NCBI GenBank assembly: GCA_002633005.1
Contig: NMRA01000289.1
Span: 1-49,650, forward strand
From: Phoronis australis
Lineage: Eukaryota; Animalia; Phoronida
Length of the DNA stretch: 49,650 nt
Direction of reading: 5' to 3'
In this document: positions 23,901 through 38,500 of the stretch, piece after piece
Layout: each line of letters opens with the position of its first letter
Position numbering within the stretch: position 1 is the stretch's first letter
Position numbers and translations under genes: made by a program
Notes under the pieces: model-generated
Told to the model about the DNA's origin: nothing
Database searches by the model: none
What the model saw: the letters and a program-made list of their open reading frames with translations, nothing else

Positions 23901-25395
23901 AATGTCAATGTTCCCAAATTATCACATTAAAAAATCCTGGTGTACAATTGTTGCATCTGCACTACGTTGCGATTACTTCGATGACAACATCGTCAGCCAC
24001 AGTTAACTTAGACATCCAAAGCCGGTATAAACGGTTCAGTCAACTTCGCAGTTCATGTCGACACTCTGCTCAGACAGTAATTAAGTACAAAAGGGCCTTT
24101 AGATCGATTTCAACTAGCAAAACAATGTAGCAGCTGGTGTAAAGAATTGTCGCGGGAGAGGGGGAAGACGTTTGTAGGATGTGTTAGAGACTTCACCTGG
24201 CCATGCCAATAGCTTTTTAAGAAAGCTCATATCCGTGTTGGTGGTACTGAGTGCAGTGGGGGTGGTAATTCTTGGTCAAGATGGCTATACTTGAGAATGT
24301 CTTATTAGTTTTGCTTTATTTTTTCCAGTTAGGAGAATACTGACCACCTACACAGGCCCCTATAACCGTAAGTTGATCTTTCTTATTTCATTAAGTTTTA
24401 AAAGAAAGAATAGGTGTTCTAAACTTATACAGTTATTGATGTCCACTTTTCTCAGTATTTCCATCTTAGACTGTGCAGGTTAGGAGAAAATGGTCCAGGC
24501 ACATTACTTGAACTCCCAATCTAAAAAATTAGCCAGTCCAATCACGTGATTGGAGTGTAAATCTTTATGTTTGCTCATGTCACGGAATTGTTCAATTTTC
24601 GAGTTGGGTATCGAATACAGAGATTAGGCTATGGGCTCTAATGTAAGCCTGAATTTCCATCAATTGTAAGTCTCTTAAGTCGCTGTCAGTTTAGAATGAT
24701 GCTGCTTCAGCTACAAATTTTGCCTTGTGGTAATTAAATCAAAGATGTTTTAAGCATAAAGGTGTGACAAATTGACTGAAAGTACATTCTTATCTTGTGA
24801 TTGCTCATGGTGAAATGAGTCAAATTGTAATTAAACGCTCCTTCGTCATCTGTACTTTCAGAATGAGTGGTTTAGACAAGCCCCTCTACAAACTTCTTTG
24901 CAAGAGTCCCAGACTGGTCATCACCTGAAGAAACCTTAAGGTATTGTTTCATTCATTTCCTGAATATGTCATGGACTGACATTTCACATTTTATTCAACG
25001 CACAACTCACAATCCTAACCAAAGATATCACTGTTTCGTTTACAGTATTTAAACATGCCTTGTTTAAAGCAAGTTCAATTTATATTCAGGGAGTCACCCA
25101 GGATTTCGAAAATAGGGGGTGTCCAAAATGGGGTTTCCAATATTTCGGAGTGTCCGTGATTCCGACGACGCAATATCCCTACCTCCGTGCACCAGCAGCC
25201 CCCACACAGTGTTTTTTTTACAAAATGCTTAGATCAAAGTGTTTACAACTGCGATTTTACAATAACCCCCAGTAGCGAACTTTTTTACTAAAAAAATGCT
25301 TGGGCCTAGACTTTTACACCTAAACTTTTGAATACAGCCAAGCAGCTTACCAGACAAATATTAGAGATATTTTTGAAGGATGAGTGCACTTCGCA

Positions 25396-28300
25396 GATGA
25401 TGGTGTCACTGCTGTTCCATATCAAAATATGAAAATGCAAATTAAATGCACAAAACCGTGTTTCATTTAAGTTATTTATATTAGGTTTGTGTAAATCTTA
25501 GTTCAGTGTGATGTTTTTATTCTAATGTATCAGTGCTTTGGAAGATGTCCAGTTGAGCAAAGAATAGTTGTAATGTAACTAATTTGCATGCCAAATTTTC
25601 AACTCGCTTACAATTTTTGTATAAACGCAAGCTAACTCCAGCTACTGGTTGAAATTCTGTCATCATTTTTGGTGTGGGGAGCAATCACGATTTCTAAAAA
25701 CCTTATTTTGAAAATTTGCCCTTTTACGATTCCATCTATCGATTCCATGTCACTGTTTCAGATTCATACATACACGTCTGAGTTTTCAGTGTAGAGGCCT
25801 CAGAATAAATTTCAACCTGAATGTCTTCTTACAAATGCCACTATTGTCATCTTGCACGGATTCTGAGCTGTTGTTCACCCTTGTTCTTATCTTCTTTGTC
25901 ACCTGCATCCTCACAATCTGGATCAAAGGTTTGTGTCTGCTCTTGTAAAGACTCTATGCTCTATTGGAATTTTAAGTAGATATAGGCATGCCTCATGTCA
26001 CGAAAACCAACTGTTCATTTAGACCATGTATCATTAGTATGATATTGATCTCGAATAGTTCATTGATAAAAATAGGTGTGAATTTTGGGCTTGAAAATCT
26101 CCAGCAATTTGTTACTACTTGAGCGTTTCTTTAGGTTGACATGTCACAGCATGCCATGTCATTCACCTCATATGGTAAAACCAAAATGAACTGACAGTTC
26201 TGTGCAAGACCAAAACTTATTTCTCATCTGAATGAGGAAAGTGGTTAAAATCAAAAGTTCAGCTGAGCGGATAACAGGGTTTATGGACGCAGTTATTATT
26301 CTGTGAAAATGCAACTCTATTGTCTCTAAATGTAGGTAATGACCATTGTTTGGGCTTGATAAAACTGCTGTAAGGTAACATATTCATACAACGGCTGCTG
26401 AGTAGCACTTGGAACATAACCATGTTGCCATGAGTTCAATTTCCAGTCTTAGAACTCTAGAATCCACTTGAACCACCAAGTGTTTTCAATGGCCATCAAA
26501 AGTTATGATGCGATGAAGATTTATAGAAAGAGTCAAATGGCAATGCGTGCATTATTTCTTGCACTATATTTCTAACTTGAAACCTCTCACACTTGTTGAT
26601 AGTAGCCTTGGTGGCATACATACAGTTATCTTTACTTGTACCCAATAGTGGTTTTCTTTGCACTGTATCTTTGGTTTTAGTGTTTCAGTGCTCAATTATA
26701 TTGTAACTTTTCACAATATATTACACTTACAGGCTACATAGGTACTTCAGTGAGAAGTCCAAGAGTAATGCTGTCAAGGATTAAGAAAGGTCTATACTCC
26801 AGTGCCATCGGTGTCCATAATTAGCAGATGCTTGAGAGAAAAACAAGGCGTGCACAAACTTGACACATGACTTCCAGGGGCCACCTAGTTCATTTCCTCG
26901 ACGATCAATGTTATTTGATCTATCAAAAGAAACTATCATTGCTTCAATGAACATTTGACACTAATTTAAAAGTTACCTTTGCATAGTAGCTTGACGTGGA
27001 TATAGACTGTTGTCAACACAGAAGGACACGGATATATTTTTGATCTTAATCCTTTACCGTACTGCATAAGTCTGACATTTTACTTTTTATATATGTAAAC
27101 CAACAATCCTTTGCCTACATGCGACTCCTAAACTGTGATACAGTACCTGCTTTGTAACTGAAGTGTTCATGTAACTTGGTTCATGTTGAGTCTATCAACC
27201 ATCATCATCTGCTTTTGTTGATCCACGTGATTGTGTGAATTGACTGTGATGATGGTGTCACTGCTGTTCCATATTAGAACATGAAAATGCACATTGTAAT
27301 GCACGAAACAGTGTTTCATTTGAGTTATTTATATTAGGTTTGTGTAAACCCTACTGCAGTGTGATGATGTTTTATTCTAATGTGTCAGTGCTATGGAGGA
27401 TGTCCAGTTGAGCAAGGAACAGTTGTAAAGTAACTAATTTGCATGTGAAAATTTTCAACTCGCTTACAACTGTAGCATAAATGCAAGCTAACTCCAGCTG
27501 CTGGTTGAAATTCTGTGCATCATTTTTGGTGTGAGGAGCAATCATGATTTCTAAAAACCTTATTTTGAAAATTTGCCCTTTTACGATTCCATCAGTCGAT
27601 TCAATGTCACTGTTTCAGATTCATATATACACGTCTGAGTTTCCAGTGTAAAGGCCTCAGAATAAATTTTAAACTGAATGTCTTCTTACAAATGCCACTA
27701 TTGTCATCTTGCAGGGACTCAGAGCTGTTGTTCACCCTTGTCCTTATCTTCTTTGTCACCTGCATCATCACAATCTGGATCAAAGGTTTGTGTCTGCTCT
27801 TGTAAAGACTCTATGCTCTATTGGAATTTAAAGTAGGTAAAGGCATGCTCTGTCACGAATCCAAACTGTTCATTTAGACCATGTACCATTAGTACGATAT
27901 TGATCTCGAATTGTTCCTTGATAAAAATAGGTGTGAATTTTGGGCTTGAAAATCTCCAGCAATTTGTTACTGCTTGAGTTTCTTTGGGTTGTCACAGCAT
28001 GCCATTTCATTCACCTGACACAGTCACAACCATAATGAACTGACAGTTCTTTGCAAGACCAAAACTGATTTTTCATCTGAATGAGGAAAGTGGTAAAAAT
28101 CAAAAGTTAAGTTGCGCGGATAACAGGGTTTATAGCCCCAGTAATTTTTCTGTGAAAATGCAACCTCTCAATGTAGGTTTCTTACTGCTTGTCAAAAGAC
28201 GATAGTAGTATGACCATTGCTTGGGCTTGATAACACAGTTGAGTGGTAACATATTCATAGAACGGCTGCTGAGTAGCACTTGGGACATAACCATGTTGCC

Positions 28301-29142
28301 ATGAGTTCAATTTCTTCTCTTAGAACTCTAGGATCCACTTAAACCATAAAGTGTTTTGTAATAGCCATCAAAAGTTATAATGCAATGAAGATTTATACAA
28401 ACAGTCAAATGGCAATGCGTGCATTAGTTCTTGCACCATCTTTCTAACTTGCAACCTCTCTCACTTGTTGATACTAGCATTCAGTTGGTGCTATAGATAC
28501 AGTTATCATTATTCGTACCCAATGGTGGTTTTCTTTGCACTGCATCTTTGGTTTTAGTGTTTCGGTGCTCAATTATATTGTAACTTTTCACAATATTTTA
28601 AACTTACAGGCTACATAGGTACTTCAATGAGAAAACCAAGAGTAACCCTCTCATGGATTAACAAAGGTCTATACTCCCGTGCCACCGGTGTCCATAATTA
28701 GAAGGTGCTTGAGAGAAAAACAAGGCGTGCACAAACTTGACACATGACTTCCAGGGGCCACCCAGTTCATTGCCTTGACGATCAATAGTTTTGCAATGAC
28801 AACAAATGTTATTTGATCTATCACTGCCTCAGTGAAAAATTGTCACTAATTTTAAAGTTAACTTTGTACAGTAGCTTGACGTGGATATAGACTGTTGTCA
28901 ATACAAAACGACACGGCTATATTTTTGATCTTACTCATTTACCGTACAGCATAAAAGTCTGACATTTTACTTTTTACATATGTAAACCAACAATCCTTGA
29001 CCACTGTTTGCCTAAATTTGACTCCAAAACTGTGATACAGTACCTGCTTTGTAATTGAAGTGTACATGTAACTTGGTTCATGTTGAGTCTATCGACCATC
29101 ATCATCTGCTTTTTTAGATCCATGTTGTTGTGTGAATTGACT
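25396..29142 (+). repeat. Tandem duplication of a ~1.85-1.9 kb non-coding unit (25396-27247 and 27248-29142)
   Basis: Both units start GATGATGGTGTCACTGCTGTTCCATAT, end GTGTGAATTGACT, and align throughout with scattered substitutions and small indels. Confidence 0.92.
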
Positions 29143-29630
29143 ACGTAATTAAAATAAATGTGTCCATGACTTCAAACATATTTCGATTAATTACATGTCA
29201 TGCCGCAACTCGTGTTTGCATTTACATCTGTGTTGTGTTAAGAATTATTGCAGTGAAATGCATTTGATGTTATACAGGCTCAACTTCGGCAATGAAAATC
29301 CATTCTGTTCATTACTGTGATTATGTCATTGCTCTTGAAGCTGCTATAAACATGCCTTCCTTCAATTAAACCAACTCTTGATTTTGACTATTTATGGTCT
29401 TGGCCCATTCCTTATTGAAAGTACAAGTGATTCCTGGAATTAGAAAGAACTGACAGTTTGTAATATCTCAAACTTCAGTTTACCAATTTGTCTTGAAACA
29501 GCTTGTCATTTTCTGTTGGTGAATTTGTTACAAGCCAAGAAACCCATCCTCACCTGGGTAAAGAAACCTAGTGATAGGAGGTCTGACGAGGAAAATGGTA
29601 TAAATTAAAAGTTACTTTATTAGTGATGGA

Positions 29631-29801
29631 ACATTTTTTCCCGTCAGCACGCAATCTTTTTGGTCACATCACGTGACCTATTGAATGTAAGTCCGAAGAA
29701 TTTCTGCCCAAGACAGGGACGGGGCAGAAATCTTTTTGGATTGATATTCATTAGGTCACGTGATGTGACCAAAATATGGCGTGCTGACGGGACAAACTGT
29801 T
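29631..29801. mobile_element. ~170-bp hairpin MITE-like element
   Basis: TCCCGTCAGCACGC..TTTTGGTCACATCACGTGACCTA..ATTTCTGCCC pairs with GGGCAGAAAT..TAGGTCACGTGATGTGACCAAAA..GCGTGCTGACGGGA. Confidence 0.75.
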
Positions 29802-30309
29802 CGCGACATTTTTCCATGTCTTACTGAAAAAGATAAATTTATGCATACCTTATAGAATGTACTGTATGCAACCCATTGTTATGGCTATTTTGGTATTTAT
29901 ACTTAAATTTCAGATAAACAATAAACAAAACTCAAATAAGGAATGTGTTTTATTGTCTTTTCTTTAGTTTGACTAAAACCTGGGACCTTATCATGAACCT
30001 GCTAATAATCCATAGATACATGTAGTCTTTAATGAATATTCATGTCACACGCGTACTGTCAGGGCCGAAATAATGTTTCTACTTCACAACTGCCAATTAA
30101 AAGTTTAGTCCAGTTATCATGAATTCCTAATAGCCTGGAAATAATTTGTTCACATTTTCTCAATAAGTAACAATTATGAGCATATTTTCAGATAATTTAT
30201 TTATTTGCTAAATTGGATATTTGTCTGAAACATTTATGTTGAGTGCAAGACCAAGTCTCTATAGCTTTGGAAGGAAAATGATAAAAGGTTATTACAGGTG
30301 CAATGTCAG

Positions 30310-30640
30310 CAGTGTTTTCTCTCACAGAGACACATGTGTGCACAATGAGGGTGCTTAACTGGATTTCCAAAACTGTCTTTACAAGAAATACTCAAAGGCA
30401 TCAGCAAAATACAGGTGACATGTTGCTTCTTATAGATCTTTTCAGTGTAGTGGACACTCAGCATCTGTCACAGGTACGCCCTGATGATAATCACAGCTGG
30501 TGATACTTACCACCCCAGTGAGTATGGACACAGCAAGTTAATGCCCTCATCCTCAGAGTTGTAGTTTAAACATGAACTCAACATGAAGGGGAATATTGTT
30601 TTCAACAATATTCTTGTCGGTGTCAGCATACATGTAGCTG
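30310..30640 (-). pseudogene. Possible decayed P-element/THAP9-like transposase C-terminal fragment
   Basis: Across frameshifts: a Y..GW-like stretch, then C-D-R-C, then F..AFEY...FGN..KHP. This is reminiscent of the YIAGY...CxxC...G.L..PS tail of P transposases and lies on the same strand, downstream of the THAP exons. Weak. Confidence 0.25.
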
Positions 30641-32553
30641 CAAACTGACTGTTGTTCTTGAAAAAGCCAGACAGTATAATTTTCAGTATTTTATGTGTCA
30701 TATTTTAGTGATACATAGCAAATGTATTTCATTACAAGTTTTCAGTTTTGTTACCTATTAAACTTGTGTGATTACTAAAGAAAGAAAACAATAAGAATGA
30801 TATGATAACACAAAAGTTATGTAGAATCGGTTCTATTGAGTTAAGAAACGAGAGTTCCAAGCATACCTGCATGTGAAGAGACCGAACATCAACTGCCACC
30901 TAATCCTATTCCTCTACACATGGCTCAGTACTCCAATCATGTTGTCACTGTTGCTTAGGTATTGTTGTTATCGTTGGTGAAGTGATGCACACTACGATGA
31001 AAGTTTAAAAACATGGTAATCACATAAAGTGCCAATCTGAGCACTACATAGATAAAATTGATCAATACATTCCACAGCATACACATTTTCGCAAAAGTAC
31101 CTGAAATTGAAACTTCAATGTTCTAGCTGTTTCAAGACTAATTAAGTTTAGTTTCTGTGTTAACTTGCTAATATTGATGCTAGAAGTCTGTAACAGCTGA
31201 CATTCAAGAAGGATAGATGATTTTCGAAGCACTCTTTATGCCCTCTCATAAATTCATGCTTTAATTACATTCAACGTGCAATAAAATTACTGTGTGATTG
31301 AAAATGGTTAGAATACATAAACTAACATCCACTTACAATCGAATGAGAAAGAAAATGTGTATTTTAATCAATATTAAAGTGTATTTTTTATTCTCTTGAA
31401 GCTCCCGTTCCTTATAACAGTTCATACCTCCATGGACTACATAATTTGAATGATTTCTCCTGGGGGTTCAGAGGGGAATTCCCCCAGGTGCCAGGTAAGG
31501 GGGTATCACTGTGGCAAAAACCAGGTGGGCGCCAATTGGGTGTTGGGCCCCTCCCAGGGGGGTTACATGGGAGGAGTGCTAAACAGGTAAAAACCAATGG
31601 GTATGTATGTCACATGGGTGTTGAGCCCCTCTCATCGTCACACATTTTGGTTGGTCCCCTGACCATTGACAAACATGTTGCTCCCAGCCCACTGTTGGTT
31701 TCATCTCCAACCAACAATTTCGCATGTGTTCCCTATTCAATGCACCAGGCTACTAGCAATGCAGACAATTGTTTTGTGCAGTGGGTGTTACACAAGTGAG
31801 AAGAAGAAAGCAAAGCAATTCATCACTACCACAAAATCGTAATACAATTTTAGAACATTCCATTATTTCATGCCAGTATAGGGTAAACTCAATCCCACTC
31901 TCCCACTCACCAACAGTTACAAGTCAGTTGGTAATCTGTAGAATAGCTCACAGCTTACAAAACGTAGTACAATTGATTATATCATCAATCATAACTAGTC
32001 AAAGTTCAAAATGTCATGACAAAAAATTAAGAGGTACTGAACAGCAATCAAAATATTTACTACCCACATAACTTCATACAAAACTGAATTAAAAAGACTT
32101 GGATGATAAAACCAAAATTTTATTTCATATACCCACTGTTCCTATTATCAATAAAAGTAAAAATTTGATGTAAATTAAAGCCAGACCACAAGATCATATG
32201 TGATACCTAGCCACAACTGGGGCTTAAATTAATCACAATCTGCAAAAACGTACACAATAGGCAACACATACACCAACCTATACAACAAGAAAATCTGACC
32301 AACCTTGTCACTCTCTATTGATACACTAGTAAACAACAGCACTTTTTGCCAAAGAAATGCGTTATAAATAAAGCTGAAAACTAATTTACTCACAGAGGTG
32401 TTTGTCATCGAGAAGCAAAATGATACGGACAGCTTGGGTTTAACAAAATTTCAGGCCACCATTCAGATTCTGAATGATCCATCAGTTTCATTTTGGCTCT
32501 CTCCAAATCACAGGCTAACCATTCATAAAATGTTTCAATCTGATCAACATTAA

Positions 32554-35500
32554 AGGCGATATTTTTTTCAAATGAGACAACATTATTTAGTATCAAAGTG
32601 TGCGGAACGGTTCCGCTCTTTTCTAATATCCATTTAGGCCATAAAAAATGGTATGTAACAAATCTATACCTTACCCTAAACATGTTTACAATGTTACATT
32701 TTTATTTCCTCAATTAGCATTTTCTTAATCAGAAGTTCAATTTTTGCCTCGCGTAATATTCCGCACCGAGTGCGGAAAATTCTGCAAAACCTGCAGAATA
32801 TTCCGCACACTTGCGGAATATTGCGCAGATTTTGCGGAATATTACGCAGATTTTGCGGAATATTACGCAGATTTTGCGGAGTATTACGCAGATTTTGCGG
32901 AATATTACGCAGATTTTGCGGAATATTACGCAGATTTTGCGGAGTATTACGCAGATTTTGCGGATTATTAGGCAAATTTTGCGGAATATTACGTAGATTT
33001 TGCGGAATATTACGCACTGCGCAAGTTTTGTGTAATACTGTGACTTGAAAAATATTATGTATATTTTGTGGAATAATAATCAAAATAATAATTTATTTTT
33101 TAAATCAATGTGAAACTTCCAGAAGAGTTCCACCAACAGAAAAGTTTAGCACAGGACTAAAATTTTTAATTTTCTCCCGGCCCAATAAACATGAATTACT
33201 TTCCATTCTCAATAATACTTGAGAGTATAATGTGTACACTCTCAATAATATATTAATCAATGTGACGGTTGCAGAAGGGTTCCACATGCGGAACGGTTCC
33301 GCAAACAGAATAGTTTTTTCGAGAACACAATTTTTTAAATTCTCATGACTAATAAAGTTAAAATGCATTCCATAATCAATACCACTTGAAAGTATCAATG
33401 TGACAATCCTAATAATAATTACTTGATCAATGTGAAAGTTGCGGAACCAGTCCGCATGCGGAACCGTTCTGTATGGGGAGCGATTTCCCAAACAGAATGG
33501 TTTTGCTGGGTATTTGATTTCACTAATCAACTTAAAATGCATTACATTATCAATGCCACTTGAAAGTATCGATGTGACAATCCTAACAGTAATTAGTTGA
33601 TCAATGTGACAGTTGCGGAACCGTTCTGCATGCGGAACTGTTCTGCAGATAATACTTTTGTGATCCTTACAAGGTTTAAAACAGTTTTCTTGCACATTTC
33701 AGTTGAAGTATAATCTATTCTCAATAGCGTATGGAAAAATCAATGTGTCAACATGAACAATGATTAATCAGTGGGGAACTTGCTGAATGGTTTGTGATGA
33801 AGAAACCTACCTCAAGCAGACTCGGGCGAAAATCTTGTCTATGCCATTTTACCGCTTTTGGTAGAACCTTAACACAACCCATGAAATATTGGAATCTTAA
33901 TGTGGAACAAGCATTAAACATAAAAGTATCAGAATTTCTACACCAACAATAGTTAATTATAACAATAAAAGTGACAGTTGCGGAACCGTTCAGCATGCGG
34001 AACCATTCCGCAAACAATACTTTTGTGACCCACACAATTTTAAAAAAAAATTCTTGCACATTTCAGTTGAAATATATTCTATTCTCAATAGCATATGAAC
34101 ATCTCAATCTGTTTACATGAACAATAATTAATCAGTGGGGAACTTGCTGAATGATTTGTGATGAAGAAACCTACCTCAAGCAGACTCGGCGAAAAATTGA
34201 CATCTTGTAGATGCCATTTTACCGCTTTTGGTAGAAACTTAACACAAGCCATGAAATATTCGAATCTTAACGTACAAAAAGCATTAAACCTAAAAGTATC
34301 AGAATTTCTACACTAACAATAATTAATTATGAAAGTGACAGTTGCGGAACCATTCCGCATGCGGAACTGTTCCGCAAACAAAAATTTCTTGCACATTTCA
34401 GTTGAAATATACTCTATTCTCAATAGCATATGGAAATATCAATGAGTCAACATAAACAATGATTTATGAATGGCTAACTTGCCGAATGGTTTGTGATGCA
34501 GAAACCTAACTCAAGCAGACTCGAGAAAAATTGACATCTTGTGTATGGCATTTTACCGCTTTTGACAGAACCTTAACACAAGTCATGAAATATTCAAATC
34601 TTAACGTACAACAAGCATTAAACACAAAAGTATCAGAATTTCTACCCTAACACTAATTAATTAATAAAAGTGACAATTGCGGAACTTCCGCATGCGGAAA
34701 AATTCCGCAAGGGGAGCGATTTCCGAAACAGAATGGTTTTGCGGGGTATTTGATTTCACCAGTCAACTTAAAATGCATTCCATTATCAATGCCACTTGAA
34801 AGTATTGATGTGAAAATCCTAACAGTAATTAGTTGATCAATGTGACAGTTGCGGAGTCGTTCCGCATGCGGAATGGTTCCGCAAACAATACTTTTGTGAT
34901 CCTCACAAGTTTTAAAAAAATTGTTCTTGTACATTCCAGTTGAAATATACTCTACTCTCAATAGCATATGGAAATATCAATGTGTCAACATGAACAATGA
35001 TTGATCAGCGGTGAACTTGCTGAATGGTTTGTGATGCAGAAACCTACCTCAAGCAGACTCGCGAAAAATTGACATCTTGTTGATGCCATTTTACCGCTTT
35101 TGGCAGAACCTTAACACAAGCCATAAAATATTCAAATCTTAACGTACAACAAGCATTAAACACAAAAGTATCATAATTTCTACCCTAACAATAATTAATT
35201 AATAAAAGTGACAGTTGCGGAACATTTCTGCATGCGGAACCGTTCCGTAAACTGTAGTTTTGTGGAGCTCACAATTTTTTAAACTTCTTACACATTAAGT
35301 TTGAAATATATTCTATTCTCAATAACACGTGAAAATATTAATTATTGATGCAAAAACCTACCCCTAGCAGACTCAGGGAAAAATTGATATCTGGTCTATG
35401 CCATTTTACCGCTTTTGGTAGAATGTTAATACATGATACGGATTATTCAAATGTTAATGTGCAACAAGTATGAAACATAAATGTATAAAAATTTGTACGT

Positions 35501-38500
35501 AACAATAATTAACTAATAAATGGAACACTTGCGGAACCATTCCGCAGGATGTCAATTTTATTATGCAACGGCTTCAATAATATTTCCCAGTTAAATGGTT
35601 TTCTTACGTCAGTGTTAGAGCACATTTTATTTTTCCATGATTTTTGGGTACCTCAGAATTGAGCATATTGGCTTCTATGCAAAAATTTAATCGAAAAAAT
35701 TATTGTTTTAAATAATTTTCTTTATTGTCCTGTGTATGTGCAATGACATGAGGAAAAAGTAAGGTTCCCGAATTAGTTTTCAAGCTACAGCTCAGACAGA
35801 AAATTCACTTTCTCAAAAATATGCTAAATTTCACAACTACAGCTTTGATTCACCACATGATGATTTTGCCCTATTGATGGGAATGTGAAAAACGTTTAAG
35901 TTAAAGGGAATAAACTAACGAAACAAATTTCATCGTAAATGAATTAAAATTTGCTGGTATACAACGAATTAAGATGCACACATATATAGTGTCTACACAT
36001 TTGTTTGTTAAAGAATTTATTTACGAATGAGTAGAAAGTAAAAATAGCAAAGTACCATTTGAATGACCACATGATTCAACAGCCTAAAGGATGGTAAAAT
36101 ATTGTTCTTGTTTAAATTAGTTTGGATGTGCAAAAATGCAGCTGCCATAGTTTCGTGTTCTCCTTGTTATATCAGCAGATTCCACAATTTAGAACAAAAA
36201 CGATTGCCAAAGTTGCCATTTTTCCAGTTTAACAAGTAGCGAAGTAAATGTTTTCATCCTTTTTACTTTTGTTGAAACTTTAACAAAATAAAATTTTACT
36301 GTTCCACCATATTGCGTTATAAATTGAGGAATCTTTACTTCAATGTATAGAGAATCTAGATCACTCTAGCCAAGGTGTGGGAAATCTTTCTTAGCCACTG
36401 AAGTTAAATTGCCAATATCCTGCTGTCCTCTGCATGGTAATGTGATGCAAACATAGCAATAAATTGTCAATACAGGTTGGAGGTCAACCGGCCAGTGTGT
36501 CAACTGGTTTATAACAGTTAGACTTTGATTAAGATTTTGAGATTGTACACCCAGAAATTAGGAACCTGGTGAAAAAGCAATGGTGTAAAGCAGAGGTTTA
36601 AAGATGGTGAAAAGTAAAAGTGCATACAAAGAAAAGAAAAAAATACAAATTTATTAAAGACAGAACAACAAATTTCAGGCCAAAAGAATCCTCAAATATA
36701 ACACATGAATTGAAGCCAGAGCATACAGTGCTTTTGTGACAAACTAGTTCACTGTTTTGGGTACTACAGTTGCTTATACTGGTATGAAAAATATCCATGA
36801 AAACTCCGGCTTAGAATGAACTTTAAGTTTAATAAGTTATTATGCACCTAAAATACTTTAATTCTAAGGTGATTGCATTAGAATTAAATGATCAAGTTCT
36901 AAGAAAAAATGAACCATGATCTAGCAGTGTGCATAAACATTTTTAGGAATATATGATTAGTTGCTTAAATTTACTATCCCTCTTGGTGACTTCTATTCTC
37001 AAGCAGTTCTTTAGTAGACCTGGCAAAGCTAACAATGCAGGGTAATAACTGATGTTATCAGGCTTGACCTGAGCTAGCTAATTCGATTACATAACTGGAT
37101 ACCACTGTGGGATAGTACTGGTTTTGAAATGAAATGGGGATGGTCAACCACCATTAGATATGACTGTTGAACTGCATATCTGATCCATATGAAAGTCTAG
37201 ATTCATCAGCAGTAATAAGTCTCACAACAGGCTAGAGTTCATTTGTCACTTGCAATGTTAGTTTTTTCACTCTCATTAATGTTATCACCAGAATTGGTGA
37301 ATATGGTGTGGGGTGCCCTTGCCAGTTCTTGTAGTCTGTCTTAAATAAACAAAATTTGAGAAATTTCACTCACTCACTCTTACAGACATTCACGCACATA
37401 ATTTGAAAATAGTGATATAATAATAACACCTGGTAATTCTGATATTACTAATAGTAATTTAAACAATAAAAACATGTAGTAACTACCGCTATTATTACTA
37501 TTTAAATAGCAGAGAAAACTGAGACTCTTGGGCTATGGAAATGAAAAAATATTATACCCCTATGGACATGGAATTGTGTGGTATTCAAAAGGCGTGGGTA
37601 ATGAGCTTCGATTTTTAAAAGAATTTCGACAGCGTTGTATAGATGTAGAAAATCAAATGTGGCAAGAAGCTGTAAATTAGATACATAGCAATTTTTCAAA
37701 TTACATCTTAAAAAGGAAAATATTAGACATAGAGAAACCGTGTATGAGGTTTCCACCGGTGCATATTTGATGCACAAATCATTCGCTGATGATAGAATGA
37801 TAAAGCTGGGGCAACATTTTGAATGCTGAGAGAAGTTAAACTTCGTTCAAGTTGTGACATTCAAAAAATTGAAAACAAGTACCTGACTTATTAATTGTGT
37901 CTCCAGGCCTTAGAATTAGTTTTGAGATTCCAGTTGTCTCTTGAGAACTGTCCATATATTTTTCAAAAGTTATGCAAGCAAATGAAGAGATGTAAGTGAA
38001 AAGAAATGTCTTGAAGTTCATGTTTTTGCTTATAAGTGTAAATTGTCTGTACTAAACGATGATCGAATGTGAACATAACAACGAGAATGAGCTACACAAA
38101 GCCATTGTTTCTGGAACCATTCTGCTTGCGAAACAAATCCGCAACAGTCACATCGAACAACTAATTATTGTTAGGATTGTCACGTTGATACTTTCAAGTG
38201 GTATTGAGAATGGGATGCATTTTAACTTTATTGGGCAAAACAAAAACCCCGCAAAACCATTCTTTGTGGAAAATCGTTCCGCATGCGAAACGGTTCCGCA
38301 ACTCACATTCATGAAATAAATATTGTTAGGGTAGAAATTCTGATACATTCATGTTTATGCTTTTTGCACATTAAGATTTGAATATTTCCTGGCTTGTGTT
38401 AAACTCTACCATGAGCGGTTAAATGGCATAACCAAATGTGAATTGATCCCGAGTCAGCTTGAGGTAGGTTTCTACAACACAAACCATTCAGCAAGTTCAT

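Noticed and set aside
31412-31799. GC-rich Pro/Gly-rich ORFs on both strands
   Set aside because: No domain signature or consistent splice sites; probably a repeat relic.
32694-33083. Repetitive ORFs (PQNLRNI, ADFAEYY, RRFCGIL repeats), and the possibility of a CRISPR array
   Set aside because: These are by-products of a stop-free 21-bp minisatellite. The repeats are contiguous with no unique spacers and no cas genes, and the DNA is eukaryotic.
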